Positions 37,359 to 47,804 of a stretch of DNA of 64,000 nucleotides are shown in pieces. Source of the stretch: a virus (Duplodnaviria; Caudoviricetes); IMG/VR virus record IMGVR_UViG_2595698524_000001, positions 159,990 through 223,989 of that record, one strand, 5' to 3'. Numbering within the stretch: position 1 is the stretch's first letter; each line of letters opens with the position of its first letter. The position numbers and the translations under genes were made by a program. The notes under the pieces are model-generated. The model was not told the DNA's origin and did no database searches. It worked only from the letters and a program-made list of their open reading frames with translations.

Positions 37359-40300
37359 ATGTTGCTGATTAAACAGTTCAACCGTTTGTTCTCGGTACGT
37401 ATGTTGCAAGAATACGGTGCCCCGAGAATAATTCCGCTGGATAAGTTAAAAATCCCGCGCGGTTCCGTGTACCATAGTTTTGACATGTCGGGGGAGATTG
37501 CTCCTCCGCAAACCCTGCCGATTTTCGAACTGGAAAAGCCGGCACAGATTCGTCACCACTCTAAACTCGCAGCCGAAGGCTTGGTGGGTCGCCCTATCCC
37601 AGTTCCGGTGCAGGGGCAAGAGCGTGCGATTCTGCAGTACCACCGTAACAACCGTCAAATGCGTCGTATGAAATCCGAAGAGGTTATTGAAAAAGACCTC
37701 CGTACGATGCTGGTTGAGAACTACGCACCGATTCTGCCACGTTACCGTTATGCGGACACCATCTTTGCATGGTACGACCGTCTGCGTAACCTGATGATCA
37801 CTTTCCGTGACCAGCTGGCGTACGATGCGGAAAAATTCCCGCGTCAGAACTACTTCATTCTGGAAGTGGGCGACACCATGCCTGCGTTCAACCGTTTCCG
37901 TAATACCTACGGCGACCGTTCGAACAAAAGTAAAATGGAGCACTTCCAGTCATGGTCTTTGCTGTGGCTGTTAGAGCTGTTTGCATGGGCGGACGGTGAC
38001 CGTGACAACTCCCTGTTCGGAAATCTGGACATTACCCAGCTGTCACGTATCAATATCATTCTCACCCACAACCAAGCGTTTACCACCATTAACCTTGGCA
38101 TGCTGGAACGTCTGCGTGCCGGTGAGAAAGGTAAGCTGTCTGATGACCAGATGGCTCGTCGTTTCTACCGCACCGTTGTGGCTGTAATGACCCAGCCGCC
38201 TGTCCAGAACATGGACACCGACTTCGTGACCCCGCACGGGGACGAGATGCACATTGAGCGTCACGACCCTGTCGAAGACGTAACCCCGATTCAGGATTTG
38301 GATGACTCTGAACTCGAAGCGGAGATTGCGCGTTTTGATGAGCAGATGTTCGATGCGGAAGAAGAAGTTAAAGCTGCTGCGCCGAAAGAAGACGTTAAGC
38401 CGACCACGATTGTCGTGGAGAAAGCCATTAACCATGAAGCTATCATTCAAAGCGAACTGGATAAGCTGGCCGAAGCGGGACGTCTGTCTGCCAAAGCGTA
38501 TCAGGTATTGAAAGAAGCCCCGGCGAAATTCAAACAGCTGCCTAACCCGTACAACCCGAAAGAGAGTTACGGTGAAGCACTGGAGATTAAACCGGAAGAG
38601 CTGGAAGTATCGCCAACGGTTGTCTTTAAAGACGCAACGTTGGTTGAACCGTCTTGGACAGAGAACACCACTGACGAGATGATTCGCCGCTACAACAAAA
38701 CCATGCTGCCTAAAGACATCTTAGGCGCAGTAGCCTCCGCACAACGTCTCGGCTTGGTGATTCATGACCACCGTGTTGAGAAGTCGTATGCGGTCACGGG
38801 TAACGTTGAGCATCACACGCTGCGCATTCAGCCTGTGGGTGGCGAGCCGACCACGGTTCACTTCTCGATGCCTATTCTCGACCGTGATGGTAACTGGCGT
38901 GCTAACGGCGTGGATTACACCATGCGTCGTCAGCGTGTTGACATCCCGATTCGTAAAGTGGCCCACGATACGGTTGCATTGACCACTGCGTACGGTAAGA
39001 ACTTCGTTACCCGCAGTGAGAAAGTCGTGAACGATTATGGCCGTTGGTTAACCAACGAGGTCGTGATTCGTGCAATCGACATCAAAGACACGCACATTAG
39101 TGATGCGCGTCTGGCGAACGTATTCGACCCGTCTTACGTCCTGCCGAAACAATACACCATGATGGCGCGTCGTGTGGCATCGTTCAACTCCATGGGGTAC
39201 ATGTGGAACTTCGATGTCAAGAAAATGGAATCGATGTTCGGCAAAGACGTTCTCGACTCAATGGAGAAGAAAAAGCTTACGCCTGTGGCGAAAGGCAAAG
39301 CGGGTCTGGTCGCAATGGATGCCCAGTCTCAGCTGTATACTGTCAAAGGCGACAAAGTCGAAGCACAGGGCAGTCTCACCGATATGCTCGGCATCGACAG
39401 TGCCAAAGCACCGAAAGAAGTCAGCGAACTGTCCGTCATGGGCAAAGCCATTCCGCTGGGCTTCGTGTTCTCTTACTACCTTGGCCTAACCGGAATGCTC
39501 AAGCACTTCGGGGTTCGCTACGAGGTGCTCCCGCCGGGTCAACGACTTGACAAGTCGGAATACGACATGGTTATCCGTCTGGCGGATGCCAAGATTGTCG
39601 TGATGTGCGATAACGACCAACAGCGCATGGTCGTGAACGGTATGGATAAATACCTCAAACACATGACCGTCTACACCGAGTCGGAGATGGAACGCGAGGA
39701 CGTGTACCTGAACTTGCTGCAGGAAGGAGATAAACTTACTGCCCGTTACATTAACGAACTGAAGCTGATGCGTAACGGCTTCGTTGACGATATGCATGCC
39801 CGTATCTTGCGTCGCATGGGCGAACCAGAGACCTTTATCGGTCTGTTGGAACGTGCGAACGAGATGTTGACCAACGACCACACCAAGCCGGAAATCAACG
39901 GCGAGGAAATGATGTTCGTGGGTAACGCACGTCTGGCGTACCACCTGTACGCAGCGCTGGCGAAGGCTAACCGTAACTATCTGAATGCACCGGCCTCAAC
40001 ACGGCGCTTTGAACTGCCGAATGAACTGGTGTGGGGGGCAATCAACTCTGACCCATCTGTGTTGGTAACGCAGGGGGCGAACCCGATACAATCGATTAAA
40101 GAGAAAGACGTAGTGACCATGGGCGGTACTGGTGGTCGCGACCGTAAGACGATGGTGAAGCACACACGTGAATTTACCAAGTCTGATTTGGGAGTGGTAT
40201 CTGGCGACACCGTGGATAACGGTGACGTAGGTATTACCGCATTCCTGTCGGCTAACCCGCAGTTTGCAACTGTGGACGGGTTGACGAAACCACGCGATTT

Positions 40301-41516
40301 GGATAATCAGCCCATCGGGAGTTTGATGTCGTTTTGTGTAGGATTGGCACCCGATTCACTTATCGACGATGACAAACGTTGGAACTTCGTAAACATCCAG
40401 ATGGGTTCTGCACAAGCTGCAGAGGGGCACGTAGTTACTCCTTATCAAACCGGTCAGGGGAAACTTGTAGCACATCGTACCTCATCCAAACATGCACGCA
40501 TTCTCGAGCAAGACGCCACGGTGTTAGACGTAACCCCTGACGCGATTCGTGTTCGCTATGCAGACAAGACTGAAGAGTCGTTCCCACTAGGACGCTGGTT
40601 CGGAGCACACGAAGGTCAACTCTATCCGCATGACATGGTTACCGAATGGAAGAAAGGCGATAAGCTGAAAGCCAAAACCGTAGTCACGTACAACAGCAAA
40701 CACTTTGCCCCGGACTACTATAACCCGACGCAAGTCAACTGGAAGAATGGCGCTTTGGCGACCGTCGTTCTGATAGAGGGTGAAGAGACGTTCGAAGACT
40801 CCAACGCAATCGATAACACGATTGCCAAACAGTTAGAGGCAGAGACCACCAAGCCGAAAGAAGTGGTAATTGGTTTTAACCAGAACATCCTCGAGGTTAT
40901 CAAAGAGGGCAGTGAGGTGGACATCGATACCATCCTATGCACCTTTAGCGACAACCTTTCTGGCGATATGGAGAACTTCTCGCAGGAAGCGGCGGCAACG
41001 CTGCATGACCTGAGTGCATTCGCACCACGCGCTGGCGTGCGTGGACGGGTGGACAAAATCGAGATTGTGTATCACGGTGATATCGAAGAGATGTCCCCGT
41101 CAGTGGCAGAGCAGGTGAAGAAATACGACCGCATTCGCAAACGCGAAGCAGCCGCCTCTAACGAGGAGCTGGCACCAACAGGTGAGGTAGATGGCGACTA
41201 CCGCGTTGATGGTGTTCCGTTGGCGTATCAGTCTATCTGCATTAAGTTCTACATCTCTCATTTAACAGAGATGGCTGCAGGTGACAAAGCGGTCGTGGCA
41301 AACCAGCTGAAAACCACTGTCCAGTATCGCATGGTCGGCACCAACGAAACCTATTCAGGTCGTCCTATCAACGTGTACTTCGGCCGTAACTCGGTAGAAG
41401 CACGTATCGTGGGCTCGCTCTACAACATCGGCACGTCGAACTTTATCGCCGTCGAAGGTGGGAAGAACGTGCTGAGAATTCTCGATGGGGAAAATATCCC
41501 ACTGCTGAGAATGTAA
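37359..41516 (+). CDS. Virion RNA polymerase beta subunit, large N-terminal fragment (phiKZ gp178-like)
   Basis: DDDKRWNFVNIQ (RpoB DDANRALMGANMQ), FEDS, GDKAVVANQLKT (GDK..RHGNKG). Confidence 0.9.
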   Translation: MLLIKQFNRLFSVRMLQEYGAPRIIPLDKLKIPRGSVYHSFDMSGEIAPPQTLPIFELEKPAQIRHHSKLAAEGLVGRPIPVPVQGQERAILQYHRNNRQMRRMKSEEVIEKDLRTMLVENYAPILPRYRYADTIFAWYDRLRNLMITFRDQLAYDAEKFPRQNYFILEVGDTMPAFNRFRNTYGDRSNKSKMEHFQSWSLLWLLELFAWADGDRDNSLFGNLDITQLSRINIILTHNQAFTTINLGMLERLRAGEKGKLSDDQMARRFYRTVVAVMTQPPVQNMDTDFVTPHGDEMHIERHDPVEDVTPIQDLDDSELEAEIARFDEQMFDAEEEVKAAAPKEDVKPTTIVVEKAINHEAIIQSELDKLAEAGRLSAKAYQVLKEAPAKFKQLPNPYNPKESYGEALEIKPEELEVSPTVVFKDATLVEPSWTENTTDEMIRRYNKTMLPKDILGAVASAQRLGLVIHDHRVEKSYAVTGNVEHHTLRIQPVGGEPTTVHFSMPILDRDGNWRANGVDYTMRRQRVDIPIRKVAHDTVALTTAYGKNFVTRSEKVVNDYGRWLTNEVVIRAIDIKDTHISDARLANVFDPSYVLPKQYTMMARRVASFNSMGYMWNFDVKKMESMFGKDVLDSMEKKKLTPVAKGKAGLVAMDAQSQLYTVKGDKVEAQGSLTDMLGIDSAKAPKEVSELSVMGKAIPLGFVFSYYLGLTGMLKHFGVRYEVLPPGQRLDKSEYDMVIRLADAKIVVMCDNDQQRMVVNGMDKYLKHMTVYTESEMEREDVYLNLLQEGDKLTARYINELKLMRNGFVDDMHARILRRMGEPETFIGLLERANEMLTNDHTKPEINGEEMMFVGNARLAYHLYAALAKANRNYLNAPASTRRFELPNELVWGAINSDPSVLVTQGANPIQSIKEKDVVTMGGTGGRDRKTMVKHTREFTKSDLGVVSGDTVDNGDVGITAFLSANPQFATVDGLTKPRDLDNQPIGSLMSFCVGLAPDSLIDDDKRWNFVNIQMGSAQAAEGHVVTPYQTGQGKLVAHRTSSKHARILEQDATVLDVTPDAIRVRYADKTEESFPLGRWFGAHEGQLYPHDMVTEWKKGDKLKAKTVVTYNSKHFAPDYYNPTQVNWKNGALATVVLIEGEETFEDSNAIDNTIAKQLEAETTKPKEVVIGFNQNILEVIKEGSEVDIDTILCTFSDNLSGDMENFSQEAAATLHDLSAFAPRAGVRGRVDKIEIVYHGDIEEMSPSVAEQVKKYDRIRKREAAASNEELAPTGEVDGDYRVDGVPLAYQSICIKFYISHLTEMAAGDKAVVANQLKTTVQYRMVGTNETYSGRPINVYFGRNSVEARIVGSLYNIGTSNFIAVEGGKNVLRILDGENIPLLRM

Positions 41517-41521
41517 TCCAC

Positions 41522-41544
41522 CCTGCCGGGTCGCTCCCGGCAGG
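41522..41544. other. GC-rich intergenic hairpin without U-tract
   Basis: CCTGCCGGG-TCGCT-CCCGGCAGG. Confidence 0.65.
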
Positions 41545-41567
41545 TTATCTAACTTCCGGAGTTAACC

Positions 41568-41858
41568 ATGGATATTATTCAACAGATTAAACTGCGCTCG
41601 GGTCAGGCAGCGGCCAACCCACAGCAGACCACGGAAACAGCGAGCTACAGCCCGGTAATGCGTATGAACTACCTTACCATGGCCAACGCCGTTGAGCTGT
41701 CTACTGAAATTGTGGCCTCCGTTATCAAAGGTAACGAAGGGATTAGTGGTGAAGTTGACGGAGCGCGTTTACTGAAACGCGATATCGCCGACATGGTAGC
41801 TGCACGTATGGCTGCCCGTTTGTCTGAAGCTGCGGCATCCAAAGGGGATAACCAATAA
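41568..41858 (+). CDS. Small hypothetical (probable head) protein
   Basis: GGAG RBS; in vRNAP-protease operon. Confidence 0.7.
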   Translation: MDIIQQIKLRSGQAAANPQQTTETASYSPVMRMNYLTMANAVELSTEIVASVIKGNEGISGEVDGARLLKRDIADMVAARMAARLSEAAASKGDNQ

Positions 41859-43300
41859 TGATTAACGTCTACTCTTTTAATGCCATTACGCAGGCTATGG
41901 ATCTCGCTAAGGCAAACAACCTGAAAATTGTAACGTGTCAGGACAGCCCGGTCGATCTGCTGAACCGCGCTGCCAGTGGCCCGTCCCTGCTCAATGCGGC
42001 GATTACGGATGAAGAGTTTATTCATCGTCTGCCGGATGAGCTGAAAATTGGTGCGGTGCTGGGTGAAGCAAAAGAAGTGGCGTACGTCAAAGACGGCGGC
42101 CATGCTTCGCTGGTCCCAATTAGTGAGCACGAGATGACTTTGCGCGAACTGGTGAAAATGGCCACGGCGCGTCTCTCGGGCCTGCTGGACTTTTCCCGTA
42201 ACGTGGCTCAGCCGTTTATTCGCTCTGTTATCGAGCAGATTAATGAGCCTGCTGTGGCTGAAGTACAGGAAGAGTGGTCGCTCGTTCCTGTCGCGCTGGA
42301 TTCCATCTTCGACGCTCCTGTTGTGCAGGGCCTGTTGAAGTCTGTCCCGAATCTGTCCGTGGCAAGCTACGAATACGACGCTCTGGAAGGTTTGAAAGTA
42401 CCTGACAATCTGCCGGTGCCGGTGACGGGTTCGAAAGCGTACGATGACCTGATCGTCATTCTGCTGCACGACCTGAAGACCACCCCGACCGAGCTCATGA
42501 CGAAAGCCATTGTCGGTGGCGGGGTGAACCCGTACCGTCCGGAATCTTGGCGTTACGTGAAAGAGCACGTGGCAACCATGCTGTTGGCAGCGTTCTATGT
42601 CGAGAATCCGTGGGAAGGTTCTGGCGTGACGTCAACGAAGTGGGATGTGTATCTGCCGCGTGTATCCGTTGCCAACATTGCGTGGCTGATGGCGTACCTG
42701 AACCAGCTTAACGAGAAAGTGAAAGCCGGTCAGACTGTACTGTCCATCGATGGCGACGCCATGAACGTATACGTTTGTCAGGAAGTCTTCTCTGCTTACA
42801 TCGAGCAAGGCGGTTGCGCTGAAGCCCTGTTGGGCGCAGTCTACACGCAAGAGTCGGAAGACGCTGGTCCGGTATCGACCAACATCGCCTACCTGCTTGA
42901 GCAGCAGAACGAACTCGTGGCAGCTTGGTCACGTCGCAGTGCGGTTACTAAAGCTGCAATGGACACTGACTGGGTCAACACGCATCGCACCAACCTCAAA
43001 AACTCGTTCTACCAGCAAATCGGTGCTGCAGAAGCAGGTCACCTCGGCTTTGCGCCGGATGTGGCTCGCAAGCAATGCTCTGAGTCTATTGACAAGTGCT
43101 TCGGCCGTCAGACTGCAGACATTACCGAATTCGCAATTGAAGTCGCGGCCCGTGACGTCTTTGGCGATGAGTCGGTAGGGCGTATTCTGAAAGCTATCCA
43201 CCGTGGGATGAAAGACGGCGTTGAGCCGGACGTTGCTGCGCGTGATGAACTGGTTGAGTACGTACTCGACTGGGTTCTGGGTAGCCTGTACGTAGAATAA
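41858..43300 (+). CDS. Probable virion head protein
   Basis: TAATG coupling; 480 aa; role from synteny. Confidence 0.7.
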   Translation: MINVYSFNAITQAMDLAKANNLKIVTCQDSPVDLLNRAASGPSLLNAAITDEEFIHRLPDELKIGAVLGEAKEVAYVKDGGHASLVPISEHEMTLRELVKMATARLSGLLDFSRNVAQPFIRSVIEQINEPAVAEVQEEWSLVPVALDSIFDAPVVQGLLKSVPNLSVASYEYDALEGLKVPDNLPVPVTGSKAYDDLIVILLHDLKTTPTELMTKAIVGGGVNPYRPESWRYVKEHVATMLLAAFYVENPWEGSGVTSTKWDVYLPRVSVANIAWLMAYLNQLNEKVKAGQTVLSIDGDAMNVYVCQEVFSAYIEQGGCAEALLGAVYTQESEDAGPVSTNIAYLLEQQNELVAAWSRRSAVTKAAMDTDWVNTHRTNLKNSFYQQIGAAEAGHLGFAPDVARKQCSESIDKCFGRQTADITEFAIEVAARDVFGDESVGRILKAIHRGMKDGVEPDVAARDELVEYVLDWVLGSLYVE

Positions 43301-43310
43301 GGAATCGAGA

Positions 43311-44033
43311 ATGAACGCCATTGAAACAGCAACGCGTGACCCTAAAAAAGTGCATGCGGATTTAGTAGACCAGGACACGATGACCATCACCAAAGGTGGT
43401 TGTTACATTTACGTCCCGGTAGGTTATGCGTCGAAAGAGATGGCGTTCATCTCTTCTGAAGTTCTGATTATGGGGATGTTTGCCATCTCCACTGACCGTA
43501 AAACGTACGGCGTTTCCAACGTAACTACGTTGATTGAAATTACCCCCACCACGTTTGAGCAGGTGGATATATTTGGGGAGCCGTATTACGAGTTTCGATT
43601 TGACCCGGGCACGGTGGTGTTCCCGAACCGGATGCTTCAATGCTTACCCGGTCACGTGTACAACATTGTCTCGTACGTCTATGACTACGGGAATGTGCCT
43701 TTTTGGATGAATGCAGTCGACCACGCCGAATTACTTGCAGATGTGCCGTTGTGGAATACGTTTAAAGTGTTCAACGACCAAATAGACCGCGACGTTTATG
43801 CCGCCCACATCCAACGTAATCCTAAAAACGTCCGTGAGTTTTTCCGCGCCAGTCTGAAAAAGGATAGCGATATTTATAACCCGGTGCAATTCATTCCTCT
43901 ACGTGACGGTTCTTTGAACAAAACGTCTCGGCTGGCGAAACTGTCCGACACGGAACTGCGCCGTGGTATCCGGTCAGCCTTAACCAACGACCCGGTTCGT
44001 GCCGAGCCGCTCGAAGACATCTTTATGCGATAA
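43311..44033 (+). CDS. Probable virion RNAP beta' C-terminal subunit (SPN3US gp244/phiKZ gp176-like)
   Basis: Position just before protease; C-terminal FIPLRDGSLNKTSRLAKLS...LEDIF recalls RpoC GITKASL.T.S..SAAS...LKENV. Confidence 0.6.
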   Translation: MNAIETATRDPKKVHADLVDQDTMTITKGGCYIYVPVGYASKEMAFISSEVLIMGMFAISTDRKTYGVSNVTTLIEITPTTFEQVDIFGEPYYEFRFDPGTVVFPNRMLQCLPGHVYNIVSYVYDYGNVPFWMNAVDHAELLADVPLWNTFKVFNDQIDRDVYAAHIQRNPKNVREFFRASLKKDSDIYNPVQFIPLRDGSLNKTSRLAKLSDTELRRGIRSALTNDPVRAEPLEDIFMR

Positions 44034-44049
44034 TATCTGGAGGATTGCA

Positions 44050-44856
44050 ATGGAAAATATGTCGTTGCGCTATAACTGCGTAGCGCTCGCGGGGGTGAAC
44101 AACCCGCAAGGTTTACAACAGGACGACAGCGGTTACTACCGTGTCCTGTTGGGTGCACTGAACGTGTTCAACTCTGAGAACATCTTCTACACCTACAACG
44201 AATCGAAGCATGTGTTCGAACGTTCGAACATCTTCATGCGTAAGATTGCCGCCGGTAACCTGTACGGTGAATGCGACCACCCTGAATGGGGTCCGGGCAT
44301 GACCGAAGCGGAATTCATGGACCGTAACGAGTGGATTGAAATCACCAACACAGCGTTCCATATCCGCGAAGTCGAGCCTATCGTTACCAACGAAATGTGT
44401 AACGGTCAGCCTGTCGTTGAAATCTGGGGATGGATTAAACCGGAAGACAACGATCTGGGTCGTCGCCTGAAAGCCGGTTTGGATAACCCGCATCAGAACG
44501 TGTGCTTCTCTCTGCGTGCCATCGTGCGTCAAGGTGTCATCGGTGGTGTGCGTACCCGTCGTATCGATAAGCTGGTTACCTTTGACTGGGTTATTGAAGA
44601 CGGCCTGCGTATCTGTAACAAATACTCCAGCATGGTTCGTGGCTCCACGGTAGCTCAGGAATCAACGCGTACCTTTATCGACCGTCCGGTCAGTCGTGAA
44701 GCCTGCCAGCAGATTCTGGCAACCGGCGCACGTCACCTGAAGGTTGCTACCGAGTCTCGCCGCCGTAACGTGGTTGACTCTGCGCGTGAATACCTGTCTA
44801 CCATCGACAGCCGTCCTCAGGTGAAACATGTTGGTTTGGGAGCGAGGGTTTGGTAA
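44050..44856 (+). CDS. Prohead (head maturation) protease (phiKZ gp175/SPN3US gp245-like)
   Basis: LYGECDHP (His), CFSLRA (Ser), VTFDWV; GGAGG RBS; AQE-S and ATE-S candidate self-cleavage sites. Confidence 0.85.
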   Translation: MENMSLRYNCVALAGVNNPQGLQQDDSGYYRVLLGALNVFNSENIFYTYNESKHVFERSNIFMRKIAAGNLYGECDHPEWGPGMTEAEFMDRNEWIEITNTAFHIREVEPIVTNEMCNGQPVVEIWGWIKPEDNDLGRRLKAGLDNPHQNVCFSLRAIVRQGVIGGVRTRRIDKLVTFDWVIEDGLRICNKYSSMVRGSTVAQESTRTFIDRPVSREACQQILATGARHLKVATESRRRNVVDSAREYLSTIDSRPQVKHVGLGARVW

Positions 44857-45474
44857 ATGGCGATTTCGCTGGCGACGTTAGAAACATGGCGTAACGGCCA
44901 GAATCCCAAACTATTCTCGCGTTTGCGGCCTCGTGGGATTGAGACCGCACCTTTGCACATCAGTGCAAGTCCTGTTCGTAAGTTTATTCCCCGTATTCCG
45001 TTGTCCTGCGCACCGGGCGAAGACCAAACGGTCGCTCGTGTCTGTTGCGCACTTTCGTTGGAGAACTGTTTTAAGGGTGCAGCCTGGAACTTTAAAGAGA
45101 CCCCTCCGAAAAGGTTCCACGTGTACGGCTTTAATGAGAACGCGGTGATTGACCCCACCCCGACTCTCACACAAGAGCCGTCTCGGAACGGTGAGGTTTG
45201 GATTGTGCCTCATCGTTTATCGAACTGGGATTTAACACCAGAGTCCGTAGGGCAAATGCGTTTGCACTCCCACACGGAAAATTTGACTCGCTTTACTTAC
45301 ATCTTGCAGACCTACACGGACGTTATCCTCAATGATGAACAGACCCTCGGCAAAGGATGGTGGCGTATCGGTGTCCATTTCAATGGCAATAACGGTATAA
45401 CCCTATCTTACGACGGGGAATCAAACAGTAATGAATTTGGTAACGCGGCAAATGTTTATTCGGTCATTAGCTAG
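44857..45474 (+). CDS. Conserved hypothetical protein
   Basis: GAGG RBS; FIPRIP...ED.TV.RVC motif seen in phage proteins. Confidence 0.7.
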   Translation: MAISLATLETWRNGQNPKLFSRLRPRGIETAPLHISASPVRKFIPRIPLSCAPGEDQTVARVCCALSLENCFKGAAWNFKETPPKRFHVYGFNENAVIDPTPTLTQEPSRNGEVWIVPHRLSNWDLTPESVGQMRLHSHTENLTRFTYILQTYTDVILNDEQTLGKGWWRIGVHFNGNNGITLSYDGESNSNEFGNAANVYSVIS

Positions 45475-45527
45475 CTTCATTCGGAGCGGTATTCGCGGTC
45501 TGCACCCCTTGAATACAGGAGTCCTCC

Positions 45528-45824
45528 ATGAAATCAGTGAACATCGAGATCCCTCCAACGTTGCGCACGCTTACGACCACTGAGCTGGAGAAGCTGGTAA
45601 TCTACACGGTCAATGGTCGCGCCGGGAAGCCGGTTTTAAGTGAAATCCTGAGTGAACGTTACGACACAAAACGTAAAGTAAATTCAGCAGTTAACAGTCT
45701 GTCGCAAGATGAGCTGGTCAAGTTCTATTGTGATGTGAATGCAGCCAAAGCCAAGATTGATTTCGATCGTGGTTATCTGCTGTTGACTGAGCCGCACCGG
45801 AGTTTTTTCGCTATCAAGCAGTAA
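45528..45824 (+). CDS. Hypothetical protein
   Basis: AGGAG RBS. Confidence 0.7.
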   Translation: MKSVNIEIPPTLRTLTTTELEKLVIYTVNGRAGKPVLSEILSERYDTKRKVNSAVNSLSQDELVKFYCDVNAAKAKIDFDRGYLLLTEPHRSFFAIKQ

Positions 45825-45828
45825 TCGG

Positions 45829-45864
45829 CACCCTCCTTCGGGAGGGTGTACTCCTTTCTTTTTT
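45829..45864 (+). terminator. Intrinsic terminator
   Basis: CACCCTCC-TTCG-GGAGGGTG plus T-rich tail. Confidence 0.8.
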
Positions 45865-45905
45865 CACATGGTTACCTAGGTATGTAGACTACACCTGTAA
45901 GGAAT

Positions 45906-46463
45906 ATGAGTAAAATGATACATTTGGATTGTGATGGCGTAATTGCAGATTGGCGTTTGTACATGGAAACGCATCACTTTAAAGAGTTCACTGTGGCGCA
46001 GTTTAACGCGATGGACCCGTGCCGTCGAAGCACAATTTTGCAAGAGGTCTATCGTAAAGACAAAGACCTATTTGCCAAATTACCGACCATCCCAAAAATC
46101 GGTCGACTGATTTACCACCTTAACCGTACGGGTGAACCGTGGGGTATTCTCACCTCGGCCGGCGAAGACCATCCGGATTATAACCATGCGGCTGAGTGTA
46201 AGAAGCAGTGGTTGTTTAACCGCTTCTCTATTCCTCGTCAGAACATCATCGTCACGGAGAGCTCCAGTCAGAAAGCACAATACGCCGATCCGGACTCATT
46301 GCTGATTGATGACTTTGGCCGCAACTGCCGTGAATGGCAAGCAGCAGGTGGGAAAGCGATTTGGGTGCACACTGGCGCACCAAATGTGGACGCTATCATT
46401 GATGCGGTGGATGACTTTATTCATGACCGTGCCATGTTTACCGAATCGTTAATTAGCGTTTGA
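45906..46463 (+). CDS. HAD-superfamily 5'(3')-deoxyribonucleotidase-like hydrolase
   Basis: HLDCDGVIAD motif I, ILTS, K..W, LLIDDF...W...GG. Confidence 0.85.
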   Translation: MSKMIHLDCDGVIADWRLYMETHHFKEFTVAQFNAMDPCRRSTILQEVYRKDKDLFAKLPTIPKIGRLIYHLNRTGEPWGILTSAGEDHPDYNHAAECKKQWLFNRFSIPRQNIIVTESSSQKAQYADPDSLLIDDFGRNCREWQAAGGKAIWVHTGAPNVDAIIDAVDDFIHDRAMFTESLISV

Positions 46464-46469
46464 TGCTTT

Positions 46470-46502
46470 CGCCTATGCTTCGGCATAGGCGCTATTATTT
46501 TT
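46470..46502 (+). terminator. Intrinsic terminator
   Basis: CGCCTATGC-TTCG-GCATAGGCG plus TATTATTTTT. Confidence 0.8.
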
Positions 46503-46525
46503 CACAAATATATTATCTTTTATGA
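46498..46525 (+). promoter_or_regulatory. Putative promoter carrying both motifs (TTTTTCAC-AAATATATTATCTTT-TATG)
   Basis: ATATATTAT core within the N15 spacer; near-identical AATATATTATCTTT at 47223. Confidence 0.6.
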
Positions 46526-46551
46526 TTACACCCATTAAAACAGGAAAAAGA

Positions 46552-47211
46552 ATGGAGAGTTTACGCAAGCGAATTCTCGAGGACGTGGCTGAATATTATC
46601 TGCACACCGACCCTGCTCATCGCATTGACCATATCGAGAAGACTATGGATAACGCGATGGTCATTCTCGAACGACTTGAGATGTCGCACCAGAAAGCGCT
46701 TATCAAGCGTGTGCTTATCGCCATCGGTTATCACGACGTCTGGTCACAGCGACGTAAATACCACCATGTGGATGCGTATTTAGAGGTGTGTAAATTAACA
46801 CGCCATATCCAGCAACGTTACGACGTCACGCAGGAAGACGTCTGGAGAATCGCCCATGCCTGTCTGGAACATCGCGCGTCGTTCAAAGGCAACTACGACT
46901 CGCTTATCTCGGAAATCACAGCGGCGGCTGACCGCGGCGTTCCGAGCACTGAGGTCGCCCCGCTGTTCTACCGCTCGTATGTCTATGCCCGTGGGATAGG
47001 CAAAGACCGCGAGTTAGCGAAGCTTCACTGTGTCGAGCACATCAAAGAGAAGTTTGGTGATGGTGGGTACGGTGCTGTGCCCGTGTGGTACAATACGTTG
47101 TTTGCTACAGAGTTAGACCAACGCAAAACTCTGATAGCGAATTTTAGTACGCACGATTTAGATGATGCTAAGCTGGATGAATTGGATAAAGCCTACGGAC
47201 TGACATCCTAA
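46552..47211 (+). CDS. HD-domain phosphohydrolase
   Basis: DPAHRIDH, GYHD, HH, LEHR, AAAD; AGGA RBS favours start at 46552. Confidence 0.85.
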   Translation: MESLRKRILEDVAEYYLHTDPAHRIDHIEKTMDNAMVILERLEMSHQKALIKRVLIAIGYHDVWSQRRKYHHVDAYLEVCKLTRHIQQRYDVTQEDVWRIAHACLEHRASFKGNYDSLISEITAAADRGVPSTEVAPLFYRSYVYARGIGKDRELAKLHCVEHIKEKFGDGGYGAVPVWYNTLFATELDQRKTLIANFSTHDLDDAKLDELDKAYGLTS

Positions 47212-47222
47212 ATATTTTCAGC

Positions 47223-47240
47223 AATATATTATCTTTGTGA
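47223..47240 (+). promoter_or_regulatory. Putative early promoter
   Basis: AATATATTATCTTTGTGA. Confidence 0.6.
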
Positions 47241-47288
47241 ACATTAACGTTAATGTTGTAAACCTAAACTATTATTGTGGAGAAAGAC

Positions 47289-47753
47289 ATGTCTACTAAA
47301 TCTCGTGAAGACCTGATGATTGAGCGCCTGTTCGGTAAACTGGAACTGGACGAAAACAAACAGCTCAAGCAGGAACCTCTGCAGCAGGTCTATGTCGAAG
47401 CGATCGCTGAAGACGACCGTGTCAAACACCTGACGCTGGAAGACATCCAGAACGTCGGTGAGTTCAACCGCGACTTCCTGAGCGCGTTCGGTCAGGTCGG
47501 TTCTGACTTTATTATTGAGCAGGCGAAAGCTGACGACGATCTCGGCGCGATGGACCTGACTGCGGATATCGCAGGCAATCTGTTCAGCGTAACCTTCTCC
47601 CGTCCGACTGGCGACAACCCGACTGAAAACGACTGGGCTGCATCCTTCGGCCTGGGTCTGGGCGTTCCGAAACCGACTGGCTTCGAAGCGTCACTGCGTG
47701 AGAAAACTCGCGCTGCCTTCTTCTCATCCGACGAGGATGAAGACGAAGAGTAA
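47289..47753 (+). CDS. Acidic hypothetical protein
   Basis: GGAG RBS; own promoter and terminator; acidic tail. Confidence 0.8.
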   Translation: MSTKSREDLMIERLFGKLELDENKQLKQEPLQQVYVEAIAEDDRVKHLTLEDIQNVGEFNRDFLSAFGQVGSDFIIEQAKADDDLGAMDLTADIAGNLFSVTFSRPTGDNPTENDWAASFGLGLGVPKPTGFEASLREKTRAAFFSSDEDEDEE

Positions 47754-47764
47754 TCCATTCTCAC

Positions 47765-47791
47765 AAGGGGCCTCGTGCCCCTTATTTTTTT
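47765..47791 (+). terminator. Intrinsic terminator
   Basis: AAGGGGC-CTCGT-GCCCCTT plus ATTTTTTT. Confidence 0.75.
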
Positions 47792-47804
47792 GTTAGAGGC
47801 TATC

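Noticed and set aside
41669-42568. 299-aa antisense ORF (also 49860..50672 and 15586..16281)
   Set aside because: Shadow ORFs opposite strongly codon-biased genes, with no RBS or recognisable motifs
35725-44033. Split RNA polymerase subunits as a novel system
   Set aside because: This is an established hallmark of phiKZ-like phages
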